DNA of 40,000 nucleotides from Escherichia coli (GTDB lineage Bacteria; Pseudomonadota; Gammaproteobacteria; Enterobacterales; Enterobacteriaceae). Where the stretch lies: the NCBI RefSeq assembly GCF_002214745.2, contig NZ_CP016828.1, one strand, 5' to 3'. Shown here one piece after another: positions 10,492 to 20,273 of the stretch (position 1 is its first letter; every line of letters starts with the position of its first letter). The position numbers were made by a program, and so were the translations under genes. The notes under the pieces are model-generated. The model saw only the letters and a program-made list of their open reading frames with translations, did no database searches and had not been told where the DNA came from.

Positions 10492-12102
10492 ATGAAAGGG
10501 AAATCTGCATTAACTCTTCTGCTCGCTGGTATATTTTCGTGCGGCACATGCCAGGCGACAGGGGCAGAAGTGACGAGTGAATCTGTATTTAACATTCTTA
10601 ATTCCACGGGGGCAGCAACAGATAAAAGTTATTTATCGTTAAATCCAGATAAGTATCCTAATTATCGTCTTTTGATTCACTCAGCCAAATTACAAAATGA
10701 AATAAAGAGCCACTATACCAAAGACGAAATTCAAGGATTGCTAACATTAACAGAAAACACACGAAAGTTAACGTTGACGGAGAAACCCTGGGGAACGTTT
10801 ATTCTTGCTTCTACTTTCGAAGATGACAAAACAGCGGCACAAACCCACTATGATGCTGTCTGGCTGAGGGATAGTTTATGGGGCTATATGGCATTAGTAT
10901 CAGATCAGGGAAATAGTGTAGCCGCAAAAAAGGTTCTGCTCACCCTGTGGGATTATATGTCTACGCCCGACCAGATTAAGCGGATGCAGGACGTCATTAG
11001 CAACCCCAAACGACTGGATGGAGTTCCCGGGCAAATGAATGTTGTGCATATCCGATTTGACAGCAACTCCCCCGTGATGGCAGATGTGCAGGAAGAAGGC
11101 AAGCCGCAGCTGTGGAACCATAAACAAAATGATGCGTTAGGTCTTTATCTTGATCTCCTTATACAAGCAATCGACACTGATACAATTAACGCTGAAGATT
11201 GGCAAAAAGGTGACCGATTAAAATCGGTTGCGCTGCTGATTGCTTATCTGGATAAAGCCAATTTCTATGTTATGGAAGATTCCGGAGCATGGGAAGAAGA
11301 TGCCCGATTAAACACATCTTCCGTTGCACTGGTGACCTCTGGACTGGAACGTTTGTCGAACTTACTCTCGAAGAAAGACTCTGTTTTTGTCTCTGATTTA
11401 CTACGCGAAGCTAAAGCCAATGAACTGGATGAACCTCTTTCAACAACGAGGTTGAACCACCTCATAGATAAAGGTTATGAAAGAATAACGTTACAGCTTG
11501 ATTTAGGGGGAGAATCCCCAGGTTATCTGGAAAAAGATAAACATTACAGAGAAGCCGATGCGGCTTTACTTAATGTTATTTATCCTGCAAATCTTGCAAA
11601 GATAAACACCAGAAGAAAAGAGCAGGTTCTAAAAATAGTTAAAAAACTAGCAGGTCCGTATGGTATAAAAAGATACGAGAAGGATAATTATCAGTCGGCA
11701 AATTTTTGGTTCAATGATATTAAAACCGATACCGATCAAAATTCACATGCGAAAAGAGAAAAGAGCTTCATTCCATCAACAGAAGCAGAATGGTTTTTTG
11801 ACTCATGGTATGCAAAATCAGCAGCAATTGTTTATAAAGAATCAAGAAAGGAAGAGTATTTGAATGACTCAGTGCAATTTATGAATAGATCATTGGCCCA
11901 AATAACAGGCGAGAATATGATTGGTGCAAATGGCAGGAGTGTACCTGAAATGGCACTTCCCGAAAGCTATAACTATATCCACAAGTCGGGAACTTTGCAT
12001 GAAGCGCCAAGCCCTATCATTCCGCTAAATTGGTCGAAAGCTTCAATGACTCTCATGTTGAAAGAGATGTCCAACCTTATCAATGATGAGGGAATTAAAT
12101 AG
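10492..12102 (+). CDS. Predicted secreted/periplasmic six-hairpin glycosidase-like (GH15 / phosphorylase-kinase-alpha-like) protein
   Basis: Signal peptide MKGKSALTLLLAGIFSCGTCQA; YDAVWLRDSLWGYMALV and NHKQNDALGLYLDLLIQAI motifs resemble six-hairpin glycosidases. The track ORF begins at 10450, but the Met at 10492 fits the signal peptide better. Confidence 0.65.
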   Translation: MKGKSALTLLLAGIFSCGTCQATGAEVTSESVFNILNSTGAATDKSYLSLNPDKYPNYRLLIHSAKLQNEIKSHYTKDEIQGLLTLTENTRKLTLTEKPWGTFILASTFEDDKTAAQTHYDAVWLRDSLWGYMALVSDQGNSVAAKKVLLTLWDYMSTPDQIKRMQDVISNPKRLDGVPGQMNVVHIRFDSNSPVMADVQEEGKPQLWNHKQNDALGLYLDLLIQAIDTDTINAEDWQKGDRLKSVALLIAYLDKANFYVMEDSGAWEEDARLNTSSVALVTSGLERLSNLLSKKDSVFVSDLLREAKANELDEPLSTTRLNHLIDKGYERITLQLDLGGESPGYLEKDKHYREADAALLNVIYPANLAKINTRRKEQVLKIVKKLAGPYGIKRYEKDNYQSANFWFNDIKTDTDQNSHAKREKSFIPSTEAEWFFDSWYAKSAAIVYKESRKEEYLNDSVQFMNRSLAQITGENMIGANGRSVPEMALPESYNYIHKSGTLHEAPSPIIPLNWSKASMTLMLKEMSNLINDEGIK

Positions 12103-12114
12103 TTTTCATAATGA

Positions 12115-12234
12115 GTTACAGCACAACGTTGGGTATTGACTGAGCAAGATGAACGACAAGGACAACGACATCAGCCTTATGAGGAGCAAGAAAATGAAAG
12201 CAAATTCGAAAACGATCAGAAGGATGAAAGTTAA
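12115..12234 (+). pseudogene. C-terminal remnant of the gene preceding epaO (EivJ / InvJ-SpaN-position gene)
   Basis: Open frame VTAQRWVLTEQDERQGQRHQPYEEQENESKFENDQKDES* with no start of its own, ending in TAATG overlap with the epaO ATG at 12234. Confidence 0.6.
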
Positions 12235-13256
12235 TGTTCGGTCTGAGGAAAGTAAATCGAAACACTCATACGTTTGAAACCACTTTTCAAAATTGGAAAG
12301 AAAATGGCGAAGATGTTGCATTATTAATGCCCGAATTTAGTGCTAAATGGTTACCGATAGCAGAAGAGAGTGGCAGCTGGTCTGGATGGGTATTGCTTGG
12401 AGAAATATTTCCCTTAATTTCATCTGAGCTCGCTGGGATGGCTTTAATGCCAGAAACGGAAAGGTTAATAGGGGAATGGCTCAGTTTATCCAGTTCCCCG
12501 TTAAATCTAAAGCATCCTGAACTAAAATATAATCGTTTGCACGTAGGTAAAGTATTTGATGGAGTATTGAGCCCTGCTCAACCACTAATAAGAATATGAA
12601 CAGGGGAATTGAATCTTTGGTTAGATAAAGTCACAGTCTGCCAATACGGAAACGCTCCAGTGTTAGACAAAAAATCATTATATTGGTCCATTCATTTTGT
12701 AATTGGATTTAGTAAAACATGTTACAGAAGTCTTGTTGATATTGAAGTTGGTGATGTTTTATTAATCTCAAATAATTTGGCTTATGCGGTTATTTATAAT
12801 ACAAAAATTTGTGATTTAATTTATCCAGAGGAGTTAAAAATGGCTGATCATTTTGAGTACGAGGAAGATTTTGAAACAGATGATTTTGATATCAAAAAAA
12901 ACGAGAGTGAGATTTATGATGAAAATGACGATCAGATGATTAATAGTTTTGAAGACTTGCCTGTAAAAATTGAGTTTGTTCTTGGTAAGAAAATAATGAA
13001 TCTATATGAAATAGACGAACTCTGTGTAAAAAGAATAATATCTCTGCTTCCTGAATCTGAGAAAAATATAGAAATACGTGTAAATGGCGCGCTAACTGGC
13101 TATGGCGAACTTGTTGAAGTGGATGATAAATTGGGCGTAGAGATTCATTCTTGGTTATCAGGGCATAATAATGTCAAATACCATTTCGCTGATAGCTATA
13201 CTAACATTATTTACACTATTGCCGTTTATAATAGCATCCGGGACATATTTTATTAA
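12234..13256 (+). pseudogene. epaO: EpaO (SpaO/YscQ family C-ring protein), interrupted by in-frame TGA at 12597-12599
   Basis: ORFs 12234-12599 and 12609-13256 are in the same frame. The C-terminal part has the FliN-like domain (LPVKIEFVLGKKIMNLYEIDEL...VNGALTGYGELVEVDDKLGVEI). Confidence 0.8.
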
Positions 13257-13836
13257 ATTCTCGATTGTTTTTGTTATTGTCCGAAACGCGCTGGGGCTTC
13301 AGCAAGTGCCATCAAATATGACACTTAATGGGGTTGCTTTGCTATTGTCAATGTTTGTAATGATGCCGGTTGGGACGGAAATATATTATAACAGTCAGAA
13401 TGAGAATCTTTCATTCAATAATGTAGCGTCGGTTGTTAATTTTGTTGAGACAGGCATGAGTGGTTATAAATCATATTTGATAAAATATTCTGAACCTGAG
13501 TTGGTTAGCTTTTTTGAAAAGATTCAGAAGGTGAATAGTTCTGAAGACAATGAAGAGATAATCGATGATGATAATATTTCAATTTTCTCGTTACTGCCCG
13601 CATATGCATTGAGTGAGATAAAAAGTGCATTTATTATAGGTTTTTATATCTATTTACCCTTTGTCGTAGTGGATCTGGTTATATCCAGCGTTCTGTTAAC
13701 GTTAGGTATGATGATGATGAGCCCGGTAATCATATCTACACCGATAAAATTAATTCTATTTGTCGCTATGGACGGTTGGACAATGTTATCAAAAGGACTC
13801 ATTTTACAATATTTTGACCTATCCATTAATCCCTGA
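13171..13836 (+). CDS. epaP: T3SS export apparatus protein EpaP (SpaP/YscR/SctR)
   Basis: 221 aa, FIIASGTYFIKFSIVFVIVRNALGLQQVPSNMTLNGVALLLS and LPAYALSEIKSAF are SctR hallmarks. Confidence 0.93.
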   Translation: MSNTISLIAILTLFTLLPFIIASGTYFIKFSIVFVIVRNALGLQQVPSNMTLNGVALLLSMFVMMPVGTEIYYNSQNENLSFNNVASVVNFVETGMSGYKSYLIKYSEPELVSFFEKIQKVNSSEDNEEIIDDDNISIFSLLPAYALSEIKSAFIIGFYIYLPFVVVDLVISSVLLTLGMMMMSPVIISTPIKLILFVAMDGWTMLSKGLILQYFDLSINP

Positions 13837-13845
13837 GGAAAAAAT

Positions 13846-14106
13846 ATGAACGATATTGTTTTTGCAGGGAATAGGGCGCTGTATCTGATTTTAGTTATGT
13901 CTGCAGGACCTATCGCAGTTGCGACATTTGTTGGTTTATTGGTAGGGCTTTTTCAAACGGTAACACAGTTACAAGAACAGACGTTGCCATTTGGCGTCAA
14001 ATTATTATGCGTAAGTATTTGCTTTTTTTTAATGAGCGGATGGTATGGTGAAAAATTATATTCGTTTGGTATCGAAATGCTGAATTTAGCATTCGCGAGA
14101 GGATAG
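13846..14106 (+). CDS. epaQ: T3SS export apparatus protein EpaQ (SpaQ/YscS/SctS)
   Basis: 86 aa, two TM helices, [27 protein letters not shown]. Confidence 0.93.
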   Translation: MNDIVFAGNRALYLILVMSAGPIAVATFVGLLVGLFQTVTQLQEQTLPFGVKLLCVSICFFLMSGWYGEKLYSFGIEMLNLAFARG

Positions 14107-14107
14107 G

Positions 14108-14875
14108 ATGGAGGAGGCGATACTCTATCAGTTGCATAGTCTGCTGGCTGCTACAGCGCTCGGTTTTTGCCGATTGGCACCAACTTTCTATTTGTTACCA
14201 TTTTTCGCCAGTGGGAATATACCAACAGTAGTCCGTCATCCAATAATAATAGTGGTATCATGTGCATTATTTCAGCATTACCACTATGAATTATCGACCT
14301 TAAATGAAATCGATATCGCTTTGTTTGCTGCCAGAGAAATTATCATAGGGCTGTTCATTGCTTGCTTATTATCATCCCCGTTTTGGATTTTCCTTGCTAT
14401 AGGTAGTTTTATCGATAACCAACGTGGTGCAACGTTAAGTAGTACTTTGGATCCTGCTACTGGTGTCGATACTTCGGAATTAGCAAGATTATTTAACCTA
14501 TTCTCTGCAGCGGTTTATCTTACTAACGGTGGATTGAACTTTATTCTGGAAACTCTTTGGCAAAGTTATAATTTATGGCCTTCAGGCAATTTTAATTTTC
14601 CTAAATTAGAGCCTTTATTCTCATATATTAATAACATAATGACTCATACTATCGTTTACGCAAGCCCCGTGATTGCCGTTATGCTGGGCGGTGAGGCTGT
14701 CCTGGGATTGCTGGCACGTTATGCTTCACAACTAAATGCTTTTGCCATTTCACTGACTGTCAAAAGTGCGCTGGCATTTTTAATATTAATTATTTATTTT
14801 GGCCCAATACTGGCTGAACGAGTAATGCCGTTATCCTTTTTCCCAGAACAATTGCAACTATACATTGAGAAATAG
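14108..14875 (+). CDS. epaR: T3SS export apparatus protein EpaR (SpaR/YscT/SctT)
   Basis: 255 aa, multi-TM SctT/FliR family, DNQRGATLSSTLDPATGVDTSELA. Confidence 0.92.
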   Translation: MEEAILYQLHSLLAATALGFCRLAPTFYLLPFFASGNIPTVVRHPIIIVVSCALFQHYHYELSTLNEIDIALFAAREIIIGLFIACLLSSPFWIFLAIGSFIDNQRGATLSSTLDPATGVDTSELARLFNLFSAAVYLTNGGLNFILETLWQSYNLWPSGNFNFPKLEPLFSYINNIMTHTIVYASPVIAVMLGGEAVLGLLARYASQLNAFAISLTVKSALAFLILIIYFGPILAERVMPLSFFPEQLQLYIEK

Positions 14876-14883
14876 AGTGTTTC

Positions 14884-16044
<1,161 letters not shown>

Positions 16045-16071
16045 ACATCTGTCGTAGTCAGAAATTTATAA

Positions 16072-16100
16072 GAATCTACACGCAAAAACCGTGTAGATTC
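16072..16100. terminator. Likely bidirectional terminator between epaS and convergent lipoprotein gene
   Basis: Perfect 11-bp stem GAATCTACACG / CGTGTAGATTC with 7-nt loop CAAAAAC between convergent ORFs. Confidence 0.6.
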
Positions 16101-16105
16101 ATTAT

Positions 16106-16399
16106 TTAATGAGTTAAACGATCTTGTGAAATGACAAGCAATTGATACATACTCATCTCTTTATAAGCTGGAACTGTAGTAACCTGTGCAAATTCGCGAT
16201 ATAGCTTTTGCTCCAGTTCTGCTGAAGATATATATTCCGGGTGTTCGCTAAAGAACTGTCTTGCATCTACTATCGCTTGGGATTCGCCACTTCTTTTATT
16301 TTGATTCTCCTTTAATGAATTTTCTATGGTGCATGCAGAGAGCAACGATATCAGCGCGATGGTTATTATGATGTTACTATTATATCCTACTAATGACAT
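16106..16399 (-). CDS. Small predicted lipoprotein of the ETT2 region
   Basis: 97 aa with N-terminal hydrophobic segment and lipobox-like LLSAC; opposite strand to the epa/epr genes. Confidence 0.65.
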   Translation of the reverse strand: MSLVGYNSNIIITIALISLLSACTIENSLKENQNKRSGESQAIVDARQFFSEHPEYISSAELEQKLYREFAQVTTVPAYKEMSMYQLLVISQDRLTH

Positions 16400-16400
16400 A

Positions 16401-16901
16401 TCAACTTTCTCTTACGCAAGATTGGAGTTTAAAATAATGTTTATCCCATTCACAGAGTGCTATAAACAACTCAACAGTACCTTTTATGTTAAGTTTATTT
16501 AGGGCTCTTATTTTGTGATATGATATTGTTTTATAATCAATTCCTTTAATAATGGCTATTTGTTTTAACGAGTAAGAAACACATAACCGCAGGATATCTA
16601 TCTCATCATGGGTAAGTGGTTCTTGTGTGGAATACACATTTTGTGTATGAAGATTCGAAATCAGGAAATGCGTTAAATCAGATAATGTAATATTCTTATT
16701 GATCCTGATGAAATTGTTGCTTAAAAGGATGTTTACAGGTTCTGTATTTGGATTGAGATTTCGATGTTGATGCTCATCAATAACAACGAACGAATGCCCA
16801 AGATCAACCAACGCAACTAAATCGCTGTAATATTCTTTTTGGGATGCTAATAATGCATTAGTGCCTACAGTGAAGTAGACATCACTGGAAAAGACTTGCA
16901 T
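16401..16901 (-). CDS. LuxR-type HTH transcriptional regulator in ETT2 (position suggests an EtrA-like regulator)
   Basis: 166 aa; C-terminal HTH LTHDEIDILRLCVSYSLKQIAIIKGIDYKTISYHKIRALNKLNIKGTVELF. Confidence 0.75.
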   Translation of the reverse strand: MQVFSSDVYFTVGTNALLASQKEYYSDLVALVDLGHSFVVIDEHQHRNLNPNTEPVNILLSNNFIRINKNITLSDLTHFLISNLHTQNVYSTQEPLTHDEIDILRLCVSYSLKQIAIIKGIDYKTISYHKIRALNKLNIKGTVELFIALCEWDKHYFKLQSCVRES

Positions 16902-17149
16902 ATGCCAACCTGTACTCTAAAATCATTTAGGGTAAATATTACGTGTAAAAGTTAAAATAAAAGTAATTGTTATATTTGCTTAACATTGAGGGAATAGGGT
17001 TTATACCTTAAATTGTAAATAAAGTTATGCATAGAGGCATTTAAAATAGTTCTCGAAATTATAATTTTTTTATTCTGTGTCATCATAATTTGGTCATGAT
17101 ATTTCCGTCTTGTTACACTACTCTAAACTAGAGCTTATGGAATTAGCGG

Positions 17150-18340
17150 GTGGTATTCATGGAAAATAATGATAAATTCTTATCACAAGAATTATTGGAA
17201 TCTTATGCCATTCGTTTGTTGAGCGGACCATTGAATGGATGCGAGTATGAAATACTTAATGGGCGTCTACTTGTTATCATTGGTAATGATGTTTCGTTAG
17301 GAAGAAGTGATGCTTTTTCTGAGTTACCAGAAAACACAATAGTCGTTCCTTATGGCGAGCTTACAGGTAGTTTTGAGATAATAATTACTACCGACCCTGA
17401 TCTGGTAGTAACATTCAGAGAATTAACAGCACAAGAACCTGAAGATAGAACGTTAACATTGAATCAGCAAATAGAAGTTTTAGGTCTCAAATTTGCTGTA
17501 AAAGAAAAAAATGAAGTTTGGCAGTATTCATTGCCAGGCATTATTGAAAATAACATTATTTCTACAAAACAACATTTCTTTAGCAGTAAGCTGTTTAAGT
17601 ATGTAATGCTTTTTTTTCTTTTTGCTATCATTTTCATTGCTTTTTATATTGTTAATGCCAGTAATGATCCGCAGCTGAGACATATCGATAAAATTCTTGT
17701 AAACAAAAACAGGAATTATGAAATTTTATATGGTAGAGATCATGTTATCTATATTAATACCAATATTTTGGATGAAGCAGTCTGGGTCAAACAAGCACTG
17801 GAAAAAAATCAACCAGGAAAGCCAGTACGGGTGATAAATCCTGATGATGAATCGATACGAATTTTTTCATGGCTTGCTGATAATTTCCCTGATTTACAAT
17901 ATTTTAAACTTCAACTATTAGATGCCAGTAATCTAAGATTGACAGTGAGTAAGCAACGGAACGCTATCACACAGCAACTAATCGATAATCTTATTAAAGG
18001 ATTACTGCAAACTATGCCATATGCCAGCAATATAAGTATTGCGGTATTAGATGATAATGTATTGGAAAGTCAGGCTATTGAAACGTTGTCAGCGATAGGT
18101 CTTTCTTATGAAAAATATAAAACAGCTAACAATGTGTATTTCAATATCATTGGTACGTTAAGTGACAGTGAATTAAATAAAATTAATAACTATGTTGACG
18201 AATATTATAAACAATGGGGTAAACAATATGTAAGATTTAATGTGAATTTGAAAAATCAGGACACAAATAATAGTTCATTTAGCTACGGAGATAACCGATT
18301 CGAGAAGTCTCAAGGTAGCAACTGGACATTTCAGGAATAA
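17150..18340 (+). CDS. eprH: T3SS inner ring protein EprH (PrgH/MxiG family)
   Basis: 396 aa; N-terminal domain, single TM KLFKYVMLFFLFAIIFIAFYIV, PrgH-like periplasmic domain; upstream of eprI/J/K. Start may be the Met at 17159. Confidence 0.87.
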   Translation: MVFMENNDKFLSQELLESYAIRLLSGPLNGCEYEILNGRLLVIIGNDVSLGRSDAFSELPENTIVVPYGELTGSFEIIITTDPDLVVTFRELTAQEPEDRTLTLNQQIEVLGLKFAVKEKNEVWQYSLPGIIENNIISTKQHFFSSKLFKYVMLFFLFAIIFIAFYIVNASNDPQLRHIDKILVNKNRNYEILYGRDHVIYINTNILDEAVWVKQALEKNQPGKPVRVINPDDESIRIFSWLADNFPDLQYFKLQLLDASNLRLTVSKQRNAITQQLIDNLIKGLLQTMPYASNISIAVLDDNVLESQAIETLSAIGLSYEKYKTANNVYFNIIGTLSDSELNKINNYVDEYYKQWGKQYVRFNVNLKNQDTNNSSFSYGDNRFEKSQGSNWTFQE

Positions 18341-18353
18341 TTGAGGAGGACTT

Positions 18354-18594
18354 ATGGCAGATTGGAATGGTTATATTATGGATATCAGCAATCAATTTGA
18401 TCAGGGCGTTGATGATCTGAACCAGCAAGTTGAAAAAGCGTTGGAGGATTTAGCCAACCAATCCCTCCGACACGAAATTTCTTGCCGAATATCAAAGTGC
18501 ATTAGCTGAGTATACATTATATCGAAATGCGCAATCTAACGTTGTAAAAGCGTATAAAGATCTTGATTCAGCAATCATACAAAACTTCCGCTAA
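18354..18594 (+). pseudogene. eprI: Needle protein EprI (PrgI/MxiH family), frameshifted
   Basis: Reads MADWNGYIMDISNQFDQGVDDLNQQVEKALEDLAN then, after +1 shift near 18458, PSDTKFLAEYQSALAEYTLYRNAQSNVVKAYKDLDSAIIQNFR*. Total 241 nt = 80 codons + 1. Confidence 0.93.
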
Positions 18595-18613
18595 ACTGGA
18601 TAAGGATTTTATT

Positions 18614-18945
18614 ATGTCAGTAAGCAATATGCCACCTATTGATAGAGCTGAGTAATCAACTGCTCATGAAATACAGCAAGCGAAAGTGATTGATTTAAAT
18701 GACCGGGTTCTCAATCTTGACAACCCGGATGATAAAATGATCTCCGCTTTTGCCAACTATGCTGTACAAACTGAAAATTGGCAGCAAAATGCGTTACAAG
18801 CATTAAGGTCTGATAAAGAGGGGTTAACTCCTGAAAAATTATTAGTCTTGCAGGATCATGTGCTTAATTATAATGTCGAGGTTTCATTGGTGGAACATTA
18901 GCAAGAAAGATTGTCGCTGCAGTTGAGACGTTGACCCGCTCATGA
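18614..18945 (+). pseudogene. eprJ: Inner rod protein EprJ (PrgJ/MxiI family), in-frame TAA and 1-bp deletion
   Basis: MSVSNMPPIDRAE* (TAA 18653-18655), then STAHEIQQAKVIDLNDRV...NYNVEVSLV; a shift at about 18891 restores GTLARKIVAAVETLTRS*. 332 nt = 3n+2. Confidence 0.88.
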
Positions 18946-19676
18946 AATATATATCATTATTATTGTTTATCCTGCTGTTGTGCGGCTGCAAGCAGCAGGA
19001 ATTATTGAACCATCTTGATCAACAGCAAGCTAATGATGTCCTTGCTGTTTTACAAAGACATAATATTAATGCTGAAAAGAAGGATCAAGGCAAAACAGGA
19101 TTTTCAATATTTGTCGAACCAACGGATTTTGCTTCTGCGGTGGATTGGCTAAAAATCTACAATCTACCGGGTAAGCCTGATATTCAAATATCGCAGATGT
19201 TCCCTGCAGATGCACTCGTTTCATCTCCACGAGCGGAAAAAGCAAGGCTATATTCTGCTATTGAGCAGCGGTTAGAGCAATCTCTCAAAATTATGGATGG
19301 CATTATTTCTTCGAGAGTACATGTTAGTTACGATGTTGATAATGGCGATAGTGGTAAAACTGCTTTACCAATTCATATTTCTGTACTTGCAGTATATGAA
19401 AAAGATATCAACCCAGAAATAAAAAAAAATGATATCAAGAGATTTATTGTTAATAGCTCTGCAAGCGTACAATATGAAAATATTTCTGTTGTATTGTCAA
19501 AACGAAGAGACATTATTGAGCAAGCACCAACATATGAAATTAGCGAACCTGTTTTTGCTTATGATAAGGCTATGCCGGTTTCTATCTTACTTGCATTAAT
19601 ATCCGTAGCGACTTGCTGGCTGTTATGGAAGTATAGGGCCATTCTAACTAATTTAGTCAGGTTGAAAATTAAGTAG
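18942..19676 (+). CDS. eprK: T3SS inner ring lipoprotein EprK (PrgK/MxiJ/SctJ family)
   Basis: 244 aa; lipobox LLLCGC, LLNHLDQQQANDVLAVLQRHNINAEKK; start overlaps the eprJ stop (ATGA). Confidence 0.93.
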   Translation: MKYISLLLFILLLCGCKQQELLNHLDQQQANDVLAVLQRHNINAEKKDQGKTGFSIFVEPTDFASAVDWLKIYNLPGKPDIQISQMFPADALVSSPRAEKARLYSAIEQRLEQSLKIMDGIISSRVHVSYDVDNGDSGKTALPIHISVLAVYEKDINPEIKKNDIKRFIVNSSASVQYENISVVLSKRRDIIEQAPTYEISEPVFAYDKAMPVSILLALISVATCWLLWKYRAILTNLVRLKIK

Positions 19677-19691
19677 ACATATGAGAGCGTT

Positions 19692-20273
19692 ATGAATCTT
19701 GCCCTAAGAAAGATTATATATGATCCAATTAGTTATATTCATCCTCAACGAGTAAGCTTGAATAATACACCTATTAACAATCCGGTGCTTAGATCTATTA
19801 CCAATGAAATGATTGTTCTGCAGTACAATCTTTCAGTTGAACATTTTAATCTGAATAGTTCACTTATTTACTACATAAACAATTGGAATTTATTTCCATT
19901 GTTCTGTTTATTCAGTGGTTATCACTTTTATCGAGAAAGGTTTGCAGAACGCGGATTTTTTTATAAGGTTCCTGCTGTGCTAAGGGATTATTTATCAGCT
20001 ATACCGGTGAAAATAAATGAAAAGGCACGATACAAACCCGGCATCGCTAGCTATCACAATATCATCACATGTGGTTTTTCAACGTTGTCACCCTATATAA
20101 GGCAACAACCATTGGCAATGCAGCAACGATTTAATTTATTATTTCCTGATTTTGTTGATCACATACAATTGCCGTTACCACTTGCATCAACTCTTTTAGA
20201 GAGAATTACATTTTATGCGAAAAAAAATAGAGATGAGCTTGATAAAATCTCCTGCAAATGGTGTTGTGATTAA
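19692..20273 (+). CDS. OrgA/MxiK-like T3SS accessory protein
   Basis: 193 aa directly downstream of eprK, the position of orgA in SPI-1; RYKPGIASYHNIITCGFSTLSPYIRQQPLAMQQRFNLLFPDFVDHI. Confidence 0.75.
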   Translation: MNLALRKIIYDPISYIHPQRVSLNNTPINNPVLRSITNEMIVLQYNLSVEHFNLNSSLIYYINNWNLFPLFCLFSGYHFYRERFAERGFFYKVPAVLRDYLSAIPVKINEKARYKPGIASYHNIITCGFSTLSPYIRQQPLAMQQRFNLLFPDFVDHIQLPLPLASTLLERITFYAKKNRDELDKISCKWCCD

